Source: Candidatus Aldehydirespiratoraceae bacterium | GTDB taxonomy: Bacteria; Actinomycetota; Acidimicrobiia; Acidimicrobiales; Aldehydirespiratoraceae | Length of the DNA stretch: 64,000 nt | Assembly (NCBI GenBank): GCA_965198365.1 | Contig: OZ240617.1 | Location: 195,938 to 259,937 of the forward strand | Direction of reading: 5' to 3' | Shown: piece by piece, positions 27,536 to 36,505 of the stretch | Position numbering within the stretch: the stretch's first letter is position 1 | Layout: each line of letters begins with the position of its first letter | The notes under the pieces: generated by a model | What the model was told of the DNA's origin: nothing | What the model saw: only the letters and a program-made list of their open reading frames with translations | Database searches by the model: none | Made by a program: the position numbers and the translations under genes

Positions 27536-28636
27536 TTATTCGAGAGCAGGATCTTCGCAGAAACTGGGAGCTCGCTGTGGGTCGAATATGCGGGGGCGTT
27601 GGATGAATCCTGTACCCGGGCGTTCGGTATGCAGGTAGGCGTCGATGGCATCGGCGGTGGCAGTGGCGGCCACTTGGATGTATTCGTCGGTGGTGAACAG
27701 CGCGGCTTCTGAGGGGTTCGAAAGGTAGCCGTACTCGACTAGGGCAGTTGGGACAGCCGGACGGACGATCATTCCGTAAGCGTCGCTACCTCTTGACGAC
27801 AGGACCCGCAGCACCCCTGCACTGGCCGATCGGCTCCATGAGATGTTGTCGAAAGTAGCGAGCGCAGCGGTGACCTCTTCGTACAACAGCCCACCGAGAC
27901 GAGCGGAATCGGCCCGAGCGAGGTCGCGTGAAGCAGACTGTATGAACACCTCGCTACCAGGGACGCTGCTGGTTGCCCAAGTTGGTGCGTTGTGGTGGAT
28001 CGAAACCAGTGCTTCGACTCCCAGATCGTCGGCGAGGAGGGCGCGAACCGACAGCAACGTCCCATAGCCACCGGTACGGGTGCTGACCGCGGAGATTCCG
28101 CGGCTGGTCAGTTCGTCGATGACGGCGCGGCCGAGTGTGAGGTTCAAGTCGCGTTCTATCAAACCATTGGGCCCTACTGCGCCGGTATCCACCGGTCCGC
28201 CGTGGCCTGGATCGATTACCACCTGGACATCGTTGATCGGCACACCTTTGGAAACTTCGGCAGTGTTTCCGCAGGGTGTCCTCACCAAGTAGCCCGAATC
28301 AGTACGTTCGAGAACCGCGACCGGGATACCCGTGGGCGTCACCAAACCGTCCGGAACACTGCTTTCGGGATCCTGGGCTGGGACCGTGACGGTGGTTTCG
28401 GGCACGGTGGTTTGAGGAACCGTGGTTTCGGGCGCTGTTGTTGTGGTGTCGTCGACTGTGGTTTGGGGTGTGACCGCGTCGGCTGCAGTTGTGGCCGTGG
28501 CAGGCGCGATGGTGTTTGACGCTTTGGTTGTGGAGTCGCCGTGAACGAGTTCGTCGCCGTCTCCCGCAGATGAGCAAGCGATCGCTACAACGGTCACAAC
28601 AACTAAGAGGATCAGAGCTCGACAGCGGTTTTTCAT
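27536..28636 (-). CDS. N-acetylmuramoyl-L-alanine amidase (Amidase_3), lipoprotein
   Basis: Lipobox VAIAC, a Thr/Pro-rich linker, and catalytic VVIDPGHGG ... SIHHNA. Confidence 0.8.
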   Translation of the reverse strand: MKNRCRALILLVVVTVVAIACSSAGDGDELVHGDSTTKASNTIAPATATTAADAVTPQTTVDDTTTTAPETTVPQTTVPETTVTVPAQDPESSVPDGLVTPTGIPVAVLERTDSGYLVRTPCGNTAEVSKGVPINDVQVVIDPGHGGPVDTGAVGPNGLIERDLNLTLGRAVIDELTSRGISAVSTRTGGYGTLLSVRALLADDLGVEALVSIHHNAPTWATSSVPGSEVFIQSASRDLARADSARLGGLLYEEVTAALATFDNISWSRSASAGVLRVLSSRGSDAYGMIVRPAVPTALVEYGYLSNPSEAALFTTDEYIQVAATATADAIDAYLHTERPGTGFIQRPRIFDPQRAPSFCEDPALE

Positions 28637-28778
28637 CGGATCACATCAGTTGCGCCGGTGTCGGCCACCTGTTACCGCTTTACGGCCAGCGACCACAGGC
28701 CCGACATCCTACCCTTTGAGGGGCCGTATCAGTTCGTATCGGTCCGGCCACCGGGGGTGCAGGCAAGCCGGGGTTCGC

Positions 28779-29975
28779 TCAGAATCCGACGAGGCGTTGG
28801 GCGTAGTACTGCCGACGACGCAGGATCTCTGAGCGCTCCTCGGGGGTGACCCGCCGAGTCGACTTCGGCACGTGCTTGTCGATGTCGTCGAACGGCACCA
28901 GGCGCATCTCCGGCTCAGGCCAGGCATCGGTGAGCAGCCACCGCCCGTTGAGCGGTCCCCATGTGTATCCGGCGGTGTCGAGCCAGTTGTAGACCCCGGG
29001 GTCCCAGTGGGAGATGACGCAGCGGAAGACGCCGTCGTCGTCCACCTCGGCTTGGTGCCCGTTGAGCGATGTTTGACGCCGCCACCAATCAAGCGACTCC
29101 CAGAACCAGCTGGCGACCTGGAACCCCCAGTAGTGGCAGTCGGGCGGGGCGACTTCGAGGATCACTGCCTCGTCGGGTTGGCACTGGAAGTTGCCCATGC
29201 CGTACGACAAGCCTCGGTGCCCTCCCCACTCGCTCAATCCGGGATCGAGGAACGGAGACGAGTTCGGTTCGGTGTCGAGGCACCAGTGCGCCATTTCGTC
29301 CATGAACCTGGCTCCGTGCTCAATCCAGCGCATCAGCAGTTCGTACTTCTCGATTGTCCGTTCGGGCGGCTCCGGCGGGGGAGGATACGTCGCTCCCACC
29401 CGCTCGATCGTCAGGTCGGCAGGAACTTCGGTCTCCCAGTCGTAGAAGAACTGGCGAATGCACAGCGACTGCGTGCCCGGTTGGCTCTGGAGCCAGTTGC
29501 CCTCGTGAGGCTGAGGGCTGACGATGATCTCGACTGAACCGTCGTCGGCAACCTCGAGTTGCTCGAAGTTGATGTTGGCGATGACCCGGTGGTTGGGTTG
29601 TTCGCAGAAGTGCGGAGCGTGGACTTGCACGTCGAACTGGTGGGCAGTTCCGCGCCGTCCATAGATCCGGTACGTGTCGGTGTCGTTGACTGCGGCGAAC
29701 TCGTAGTTCCCGTCGGGGTTGTCGATCCCCCATGACCAGGCTTGATCGGCCCAACGTTCGAACCAGGGGTACTCGGGGTCGTTGTTCTCCACCGCGAGGA
29801 TCGCGCCGGCGGTCAGGTAGCGGGTCAGGTATTTGATGCCGTGGGCCCGCATGAGGGAACCCGCAGCAGGGCCCCGATCGCCGTAGACGATGTCTGCCAT
29901 CCTCGCCCAGGTGTCAAGCACACGCTGGAAGAGTCGACTGTCCATGAGCTCGTTGATCGCCGGTGACTGGTTCAT
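28779..29975 (-). CDS. conserved hypothetical protein (possibly DUF1214-like)
   Basis: 398-aa ORF with strong coding character. The function call is weak. Confidence 0.5.
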   Translation of the reverse strand: MNQSPAINELMDSRLFQRVLDTWARMADIVYGDRGPAAGSLMRAHGIKYLTRYLTAGAILAVENNDPEYPWFERWADQAWSWGIDNPDGNYEFAAVNDTDTYRIYGRRGTAHQFDVQVHAPHFCEQPNHRVIANINFEQLEVADDGSVEIIVSPQPHEGNWLQSQPGTQSLCIRQFFYDWETEVPADLTIERVGATYPPPPEPPERTIEKYELLMRWIEHGARFMDEMAHWCLDTEPNSSPFLDPGLSEWGGHRGLSYGMGNFQCQPDEAVILEVAPPDCHYWGFQVASWFWESLDWWRRQTSLNGHQAEVDDDGVFRCVISHWDPGVYNWLDTAGYTWGPLNGRWLLTDAWPEPEMRLVPFDDIDKHVPKSTRRVTPEERSEILRRRQYYAQRLVGF

Positions 29976-30203
29976 GGGCCCTCGTTCTCCTAGATCCGCA
30001 TATCAGCGGACACGCTAACTTGACGCGTCTATCAACTCCTCAGGACACTAGAGGAGTTCGCCTTGCCAGAGTTCTTGGGACTCCGTAGCTCCCGGCAGTG
30101 ACAGCAACCGTTCAAACATCAACTTTAGACTGTCATGACAATCCAAAGCACCACTTTAGATTTTCGGCTTGTCGTTGGCCCAACGTCGTTGGGTCGTGTC
30201 CTG

Positions 30204-30332
30204 TCAGCGGCCCAGTTCCAGGCGGCCGTCGGCCAAGGCGGTTCTGCATGCTTCGATGACTTGCGCGGCCGGTCCGTCCGACGAGACAACGTGGGGCTCA
30301 AGATCTCCCAGGTCTGCCAACTGGGCGTACAT
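30204..30332 (-). pseudogene. remnant of a P-loop kinase domain, paralogous to 32619-32741
   Basis: Translates to MYAQLADLGDLEPHVVSSDGPAAQVIEACRTALADGRLELGR. The full-length gene has MYDQFTDLGEFEPHVVSSDAPAAQVIEECRAALVDGRLEVG (31/41 identical by eye). Only 42 codons are open, with a stop 12 codons upstream of the Met. Confidence 0.7.
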
Positions 30333-30396
30333 GGCTTCGGCCAACTGAAATCTCGCAATGTGACAATGTCATATTACTGGCGGGTGGGTGCCCGAG

Positions 30397-31566
30397 CTAT
30401 CGGCGGCGATCGCGTCTGTTGATGGCGGCGGAGGTCATCGCGTCTGAGAATTGGTAGAGCAGCGCGCCGACGACGGTGAGCATGATCACGTAGGTGGCTG
30501 AGAGCGCGCCGAGGTCGCTCTCGCGGCTGATTCCGAGTTCGGCGATGACGATTGAGAACTCCCCGTGCGCCACAAGGGCGGCACCGGTCCGCAGTCGCCC
30601 GGGTGTGCCGATGCCGGCGCGGCCGGCTGCGATCCAGCCAGTGGCGATCTTGGCTACGACGGAAACCACGGTGATTGCGGCCGCAACAGCGGCGACGCCC
30701 GGGATGAGGCCAGTGTCCACTTGCAGGCCGAAGAATACGAAGAACACTGCGGCGAAGAGGTTTCGCAGCGGCAGCAGCAGCCCTCGGGCAAGGGAGACGA
30801 TGTCCCCTGACAGCGCGACGCCCACGACGAAGGCCCCGACCGCGGTAGAAAGGTTGAGGCGTCCCGCGATGCCAGCGCCGAGCAGGCTGACGCCGAGCAG
30901 GGTCAACAACAGCGCTTCGCTGGATTGGCTCAAGGCGATGGCGCTGAGTCGGTCGCCGAGCGCGTAGGCGATGGCGAGGATTGCCAACACCGCGGCCAGC
31001 GAGACGGCGACCGTCACGACGGTGCTCGTCACCGAACCGCCGAACAGCACGCCCGACACGATCGGCAGGTACAGCACCATGGCGAGGTCCTCGATGACCA
31101 GCACGCTGAGTACGACCGGGGTCTCGTGGTTGCCGATCCGGTCGAGGTCGGCGACCAGTTTCGCCACGATACCCGACGACGAGATGTAGGTGATGCCGCC
31201 CAACAGCACGGCCACGATCGGATCGAACCCGAGCAGCAGGCCAGCGGCCAATCCCGGCGCGAAGTTGAGGGCGAGGTCTGTGAACCCGGCCAATGTGGAT
31301 CGGCGCACGTTGACGACCAATTCGTGTGGCGAGAACTCGAGTCCCAGCATCAGCAGCATCAAGATCACGCCGATCTCCGCGCCGACCTCGATGAAGTCCG
31401 CCGATGCCGGCAACTCCACCAGGCCGCCGTCGCCGAGAGCAAGCCCCGCCAGCAGGTACAACGGGAGCGCGGGCAGCCCAGCCCTGCGCGCCACACGGGC
31501 GATGACGGCCAAGCCCAGGACCACCGCCCCCAGTTCGATCAACAGGAGATCCCCGCCCGTGTGCAT
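30397..31566 (-). CDS. cation:proton antiporter (CPA2, KhtU/YhaU-like)
   Basis: 389 aa, polytopic membrane protein with Na_H_exchanger-type sequence. Confidence 0.8.
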   Translation of the reverse strand: MHTGGDLLLIELGAVVLGLAVIARVARRAGLPALPLYLLAGLALGDGGLVELPASADFIEVGAEIGVILMLLMLGLEFSPHELVVNVRRSTLAGFTDLALNFAPGLAAGLLLGFDPIVAVLLGGITYISSSGIVAKLVADLDRIGNHETPVVLSVLVIEDLAMVLYLPIVSGVLFGGSVTSTVVTVAVSLAAVLAILAIAYALGDRLSAIALSQSSEALLLTLLGVSLLGAGIAGRLNLSTAVGAFVVGVALSGDIVSLARGLLLPLRNLFAAVFFVFFGLQVDTGLIPGVAAVAAAITVVSVVAKIATGWIAAGRAGIGTPGRLRTGAALVAHGEFSIVIAELGISRESDLGALSATYVIMLTVVGALLYQFSDAMTSAAINRRDRRR

Positions 31567-31572
31567 GCTGGC

Positions 31573-32061
31573 TTAGCTGGATGGAGCGAGAAGCCTGGTG
31601 GCGGCCTTGACGGAAGACGGCACCCCCACCACCACCGCCGTGTCACCGGGTTCGAGACGGTCAGTTCCCCCCGGTATGGGAATCGAGCCCGAGTCGGTGA
31701 CCAGCGCAACAATGCCGGCACCCGTGCGTTTGCGCAGCGCAGCCTCCGTCAGGGTCAGCCCGGCCAGAGACGACTTCTCGTCGATCCTGATCCACGAGAT
31801 CACCAAGTCCTCAAGCCGGTGCACGGCATCGTCGAGATGCTCCAACACCGGGCTGCCGCCCAAGAGCTCACCGAGCGTGTGGCCCTCGTCCTCGCTGAGT
31901 TCCACACTCTCACAGGCCCGGTCGACGTCCTGCTCGTCATATACGACCAGATCACGCCGGCCGGACTGATGCACGACCACACCCACACAACGACCAGCGT
32001 TCGTCTGCAGGTCAAAGCGAACCCCCACGCCGGGCAGATCCGCCTCTGTTACCTTGCGCAT
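31573..32061 (-). CDS. TrkA-C domain antiporter regulatory subunit (KhtT/YhaT-like)
   Basis: 162 aa, lying 6 nt upstream of the antiporter gene. C-terminal TrkA-C pattern (LAGLTLTEAALRKRTGAGIVAL ... LEPGDTAVVVG). Confidence 0.7.
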   Translation of the reverse strand: MRKVTEADLPGVGVRFDLQTNAGRCVGVVVHQSGRRDLVVYDEQDVDRACESVELSEDEGHTLGELLGGSPVLEHLDDAVHRLEDLVISWIRIDEKSSLAGLTLTEAALRKRTGAGIVALVTDSGSIPIPGGTDRLEPGDTAVVVGVPSSVKAATRLLAPSS

Positions 32062-32210
32062 TGCTCACTCCTCCCGACAGCCATTGAGCGATACCGCACC
32101 GTATCACCGCCCGCACCGTCGGAACCGCTCGCACCGACCACCGGGACCGCTGACCGCACCGACCGCTGACCGCCGATTGAATGCGGCCAGCGGTGCCGTA
32201 CCATGGCTGG

Positions 32211-33146
32211 ATGCTTAGCGGCGGAGAAGTGGTGATCGTGTCGGGGCCGCCGGGTTCGGGGAAGACGACTGTGAGCGCTGCTCTCGCTTCGGGTTATGAG
32301 CGAGGTGTCCATCTGGAGTCGGACTGGTTCTTTCGTTTCATCCGGTCGGGGTTCGTTGCGCCATGGTTGCCGGATGCGCAGAGCCAGAACGAGGCGGTGA
32401 TGGAGGTTACCGCCGACGCTGCGGCAGCGTATGCCGATGCAGGCTACGCAGTCGTCTGGGACGGAATTGTCGGGCCGTGGTTCCTGGATCGGGTTGTTCG
32501 ACACCTTGGCGCCCGCAAGATCCGGGTGCAGTATCTCGTCCTGCGACCCAAGCGCGTCACGGCGTCACAACGGGTACGGGGGCGTGACGAAACGCTCGAG
32601 ACCACCGGTGCCGACGCCATGTACGACCAGTTCACCGACCTGGGCGAGTTCGAGCCGCATGTCGTCTCGTCGGACGCACCGGCCGCGCAGGTCATCGAGG
32701 AATGCAGAGCCGCTCTCGTCGATGGCCGTCTGGAAGTCGGACTCGACTCCGCGGCCGACGACCGTTGGCCGGTCTCGGTGAAGGCGGTGCTCGGCTGGGA
32801 CGACCAGGTCGTTGTCCTGCGGAACCGGCGCGGCGAATGGGAGTTGCCTGGCGGTCGTCTCGACTCCACCGATGACAGTCCACAGGATGCCCTTCGCCGT
32901 GAGATAGGCGAGGAACTCGGGCTAGCGGCTGTAGTGGGTCCGATGATCGACTCGTGGATCTATGACGTGGCAGGCAAGCGGGTCCTAATTCTCACCTACG
33001 CATGCAAAGCGAGCCGACCCGCTGTGCTGAGTCACAGTGACGAGCACACCGAGGTTGGAGTTCTCACCGCAGCCGAGCTTGCTAACGCCAATATCCCGAG
33101 CGGTTATCTCCAGTCCATCAACTCGGTGTTCGATCAGCAACGCTGA
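32211..33146 (+). CDS. fusion protein: P-loop kinase-like (AAA_33/zeta-toxin-like) N-domain + Nudix hydrolase C-domain
   Basis: Walker A GPPGSGKTT at the N-terminus. A Nudix box GGRLDSTDDSPQDALRREIGEELG is in the C-terminal half. Start taken at ATG 32211. Confidence 0.7.
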   Translation: MLSGGEVVIVSGPPGSGKTTVSAALASGYERGVHLESDWFFRFIRSGFVAPWLPDAQSQNEAVMEVTADAAAAYADAGYAVVWDGIVGPWFLDRVVRHLGARKIRVQYLVLRPKRVTASQRVRGRDETLETTGADAMYDQFTDLGEFEPHVVSSDAPAAQVIEECRAALVDGRLEVGLDSAADDRWPVSVKAVLGWDDQVVVLRNRRGEWELPGGRLDSTDDSPQDALRREIGEELGLAAVVGPMIDSWIYDVAGKRVLILTYACKASRPAVLSHSDEHTEVGVLTAAELANANIPSGYLQSINSVFDQQR

Positions 33147-33179
33147 CATCAGCCAGACACAGTCGCGACGTTGCCGAGA

Positions 33180-34364
33180 TCAGTCTGAGATTCCCGGCAG
33201 GGGTTGTTGGGGGAGCGTTTTGTAGGGGTCGTCGTGAGCTCTCGGTGGACGGACGGCTCGGATCTCCTGCCACAAGCTACGCAGCTTTTTGGACCCGAAG
33301 TAGGTGCGACCACGTCCCGCGCCTCTTGGTTCGAGGACTCCGGCATCTACCATGGCTTTCAGATCCCGACTCGCGGTGAGTTCGGAAATCGGGTCGCCAT
33401 CGGTCATCTCAACGATATGGGTGTAGATCGCCCGGCGAAGTCGGTGTCCTCGGGCGGCATCGGCCAGCGCACCGGTCACCCGGTTCGGCAGGCTGTGGCG
33501 GTCGACGAACTGGGAGATGCTGTCATAAAGGTGTTCGGTCTCGTGGATGCGCCTCTGCAATGTCCACGCTTGTTGATAGTGGGCTCTGAGCATGAACCGA
33601 ATCCACGGTCGGGCCGAATTCTCCGGGTGCCAACTGCCTTGGCCCACTTCAGACAACACTTCGTAGTAGGCGTCGGTGTTGCGACCCAAATACTCTTCCA
33701 CCGACGAGAAGATAGGGGAGACGATGCCCTCTCTTGAGAGCATCATCGTCTGCAACGCACGGGCCATGCGACCGTTTCCGTCTCGGAAAGGGTGGATCAT
33801 GGCCAGATTCAGATGTGACATTGCAGCCTGGAACATGACGGGCACAGACTCGTCGTGGTCGAGAGACTCGATGAGTTGGCCCATGAGTGGCGCGACGAAC
33901 TCGGAGTCGGGAGCGTCGTAGACATGTTCCCCGTTTTCGTCGGCGACCCAGACCGCCCTTTGCCTGTATCTCCCTGGTCGTGCCTTCAGATCGTGTTTCG
34001 TCATCATGAAATGGAGGGCTTTCAGGAGAGACTCATCTATTACGGTCTCGGTTTCGGCGAGCTGTAGCACATAGGTCAGGGCGTCTCGATAACCCGAAAC
34101 GGCTGCTCTTGTCTCTGCGGTTGCGTCGACGGGCTCCTCTCCCGCGATGGTGTCGAGTACATCATCGAGGGAGGCGCGATATCCCTCGATCCAGTTCGAG
34201 CCTCGGACGGCTCGAGCGAAGCTCATCCTCCGAAGGTTTCCGAACCATCGTCGTGGCTGGTAGGAGACATAGTGAGAGAGTTCCCGGCGCAGCCGTTCGA
34301 TCTCATTGATGACTAGGAGATCCGCGTCCTCCAGGGCTGGTGCGATGAAGATACCCAAAGACAT
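33180..34364 (-). CDS. Fic family protein with N-terminal inhibitory motif and C-terminal wHTH-like tail
   Basis: Fic motif HPFRDGNGRMARAL. SNWIEG matches the (S/T)xxxE(G/N) auto-inhibition motif. Confidence 0.85.
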   Translation of the reverse strand: MSLGIFIAPALEDADLLVINEIERLRRELSHYVSYQPRRWFGNLRRMSFARAVRGSNWIEGYRASLDDVLDTIAGEEPVDATAETRAAVSGYRDALTYVLQLAETETVIDESLLKALHFMMTKHDLKARPGRYRQRAVWVADENGEHVYDAPDSEFVAPLMGQLIESLDHDESVPVMFQAAMSHLNLAMIHPFRDGNGRMARALQTMMLSREGIVSPIFSSVEEYLGRNTDAYYEVLSEVGQGSWHPENSARPWIRFMLRAHYQQAWTLQRRIHETEHLYDSISQFVDRHSLPNRVTGALADAARGHRLRRAIYTHIVEMTDGDPISELTASRDLKAMVDAGVLEPRGAGRGRTYFGSKKLRSLWQEIRAVRPPRAHDDPYKTLPQQPLPGISD

Positions 34365-34469
34365 GAAGTTAAATATATCATATTATGATATGAAAAATAT
34401 ATCAAGATGTCTCAGACGTAGGACAGACAGAACATGTTGCTGGGCGGTCGTTGGCTCGACGGCCGGACA

Positions 34470-35105
34470 TCAGGCGCAACAGGTGTCTTCCAGGGACTCG
34501 GCCCGCCACACCGACACTGTCTCGTAGGCCGCCAGTGAGGCGATGAACAGCCCGGCAAGCGGGTCGGCCCACCACCATCCCAGAGTCGCGTGGGTGCCCA
34601 GGCCGATGAGCAGCCCGCCCGACATGAGCGCGCACAGCAACGTCTGGTTCGCCTCGGCCTCCACGGCCCGTGAACCCATCACCGGAGCCAGCCGGCGTTT
34701 GGCTCGGGCCAGCACCGGCATTACTGCCAGTGACAGGGCAGCCATCACGATCCCCACCAGCGATTCGTCGGGACGGTTGGCCAGCACCAGGTCTCGCCCC
34801 GCCGCGATGCCCACATAGAGGGCCAACGCGGCGAAGCTGAGCGCGATCAGTCGTTGGGCCCGTTTGTCGGCGTCCTGTTTGCAGCCGGTGCGGCGCTCCT
34901 GAGCCAGCCGCCAGGCCAGGATCAGCGCGGCCGACACTTCAATGCCGGAGTCCAGTCCGAAGCCGATCAGGCTCACCGACCCCGCTGCGACACCGGCGAC
35001 GATTGCGACCACCCCCTCGATGCTGTTCCAGCCGATGGTCGCGGCGGTGAGCCACTTCTGCCGAACGACGGCTTCGGCCCGGTCGGCAGGTGCAGTCAGC
35101 GCCAT
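34470..35105 (-). CDS. cation diffusion facilitator (CDF) family transporter, membrane domain only
   Basis: 211 aa, about 5-6 TM helices, with CDF-like DSGIE and HxxxD-type motifs. Confidence 0.6.
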   Translation of the reverse strand: MALTAPADRAEAVVRQKWLTAATIGWNSIEGVVAIVAGVAAGSVSLIGFGLDSGIEVSAALILAWRLAQERRTGCKQDADKRAQRLIALSFAALALYVGIAAGRDLVLANRPDESLVGIVMAALSLAVMPVLARAKRRLAPVMGSRAVEAEANQTLLCALMSGGLLIGLGTHATLGWWWADPLAGLFIASLAAYETVSVWRAESLEDTCCA

Positions 35106-35167
35106 GCAGCCGTCGCCTCGCCTTGCTGTCGGTCCATGCCCCTCAACATATATGGCCTCACCGACTG

Positions 35168-35590
35168 CTATCGCCCCGGTGCCACAGTGAGTCCGAGATG
35201 AGAGGCGGTGGCGATGAGATTCTGGTCGCCGCTGGCGAAGACTGTGTCCGCATCGGCGACTGTCTGCGCAGCGGCCAGGTGAACGGCGTCGTAGCCGCGT
35301 AGTTGGTGCTCTTCGGCCAAGTCGCCCGCAGATCGGACCAGTCGGTCGGTGATCCCGACGTGATCGACTTGGGCACTGAGGTCCTCAAGTAGCTCAACCG
35401 CAGAAGCAAGCCCTCGATGGGTCAGCCGCCCGAGTCGTTGAGCCCTAGCCAGCGCGGATCGGGCCTCGACGTGAAGAAGACGCACGCTGACGGCGCGTGT
35501 TGCTTCATTCCAGAGTCGCTCGCGGGAATCGGAGCTCGGCTCGCCGATGATCAGGGGAATGAACGCCGACGTATCGAAGTAGACGATCAC
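35168..35590 (-). CDS. vapC: PIN-domain toxin (VapC family)
   Basis: N-terminal MIVYFDTSAFIPL. 4-nt overlap with the upstream antitoxin gene. Confidence 0.75.
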   Translation of the reverse strand: MIVYFDTSAFIPLIIGEPSSDSRERLWNEATRAVSVRLLHVEARSALARAQRLGRLTHRGLASAVELLEDLSAQVDHVGITDRLVRSAGDLAEEHQLRGYDAVHLAAAQTVADADTVFASGDQNLIATASHLGLTVAPGR

Positions 35591-35844
35591 TGGCGCTGTT
35601 CGGCCACGAGGTCGCTCACTGTTCCCTTGCTCTTGACCTTGGAGTGGGACAGTCGTGTCTTCGCCGTCGGAGCCGAAATGACCAGCCCGTCGTCGATCAG
35701 CCGGTCGATGGTTCGGGCTTCATGAATGCCGACCAGAAGCGCCACTGCCTTCCCGTGATCGGTCACGGTGACCTCGGCCCCGGCTCGTACCGCGGTGAGG
35801 TAGCGACTCAAATTGTCCCTCAACTCTCGAACTCCAGCTTCCAT
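35587..35844 (-). CDS. Phd/YefM family antitoxin
   Basis: Reads MEAGVRELRDNLSRYLTAVRAGAEVTVTDHGKAVALLV. Start chosen at the internal ATG 35844. Confidence 0.7.
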   Translation of the reverse strand: MEAGVRELRDNLSRYLTAVRAGAEVTVTDHGKAVALLVGIHEARTIDRLIDDGLVISAPTAKTRLSHSKVKSKGTVSDLVAEQRQ

Positions 35845-35913
35845 AACAAAATTATAGCGCTTTTCCATTGGCTTTTCTAGCCATATTTTAGGTCGAGCTA
35901 CCGCGTGCGCCGT

Positions 35914-36342
35914 TCACGCTGTTGCAGTTTCCGCAGTGTTGTCGGTGGCGAGGAGATCGCCGACTTGGAGATCGACTTCTGTTGTCCCGTAGGTAGCGCT
36001 GATGCGGAGCCGCCCCCCGGTCGCCTCAATGAACCGGCAGAGAGTGGCCAAGTGAAGGTTGTCTCGTCGTTCGAGCTTGGAGACATCACCTTGGGTCATA
36101 CCGAGAGATTCCGCTATCTGGTTCTGGGTGAGTCCAATGGCGCGTCGAACCTCGGCAAGAGTGGCGTGCTTGGCTGCGAGCCGCTCTTCGATAGTGGCCA
36201 GTAGGGCATCGTGAGCGGCCTTCGCTGTTGCGTCGCCGAGGACCTGTTCGCGTGCCTGCGCCACGCGGCTAGCGGCGTCGGCGTACTCCGCAGGGGTATG
36301 TTCGGTGTCTACTGCGGGTTCAGGGATGATGGGCTTGGTCAT
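35914..36342 (-). CDS. XRE-family HTH protein (HigA-like antitoxin)
   Basis: Start at ATG 36342 (MTKPIIPEP). HTH segment LAEVRRAIGLTQNQIAESLGMTQGDVSKLERR. Confidence 0.7.
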   Translation of the reverse strand: MTKPIIPEPAVDTEHTPAEYADAASRVAQAREQVLGDATAKAAHDALLATIEERLAAKHATLAEVRRAIGLTQNQIAESLGMTQGDVSKLERRDNLHLATLCRFIEATGGRLRISATYGTTEVDLQVGDLLATDNTAETATA

Positions 36343-36473
36343 CGAGTCCTCCGTATGCGGGCGTGGTGGCCGGGATTGGACGTCTCCCAGCCGGGGATGA
36401 GTCGGTTTTCGATCTCGTTGACCCACCTCGGGTACCAGTAGTTGCCGAGCGTGGTCTTGTCCCCCATGAGCAT
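36339..36473 (-). pseudogene. short ORF resembling the C-terminus of a RelE/HigB-type toxin (probable 5'-truncated remnant)
   Basis: Encodes MLMGDKTTLGNYWYPRWVNEIENRLIPGWETSNPGHHARIRRTR (44 aa). Its stop overlaps the XRE start (ATGA). An in-frame stop lies just upstream, so no full-length toxin can be encoded. Confidence 0.4.
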
Positions 36474-36505
36474 CACGACAGCAAGAGTATGGTATCAAAT
36501 CAATA

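Noticed and set aside
32062-32210. Possible c-di-AMP (ydaO/kimA-type) riboswitch or other leader upstream of the KhtT/KhtU-like operon. The region has repeated GCACCG and GACCGCTGACCGC motifs.
   Set aside because: I could not recognise the conserved riboswitch core or a pseudo-two-fold structure by eye. The repeats look like simple low-complexity direct repeats. A covariance-model scan (Rfam) would be needed.
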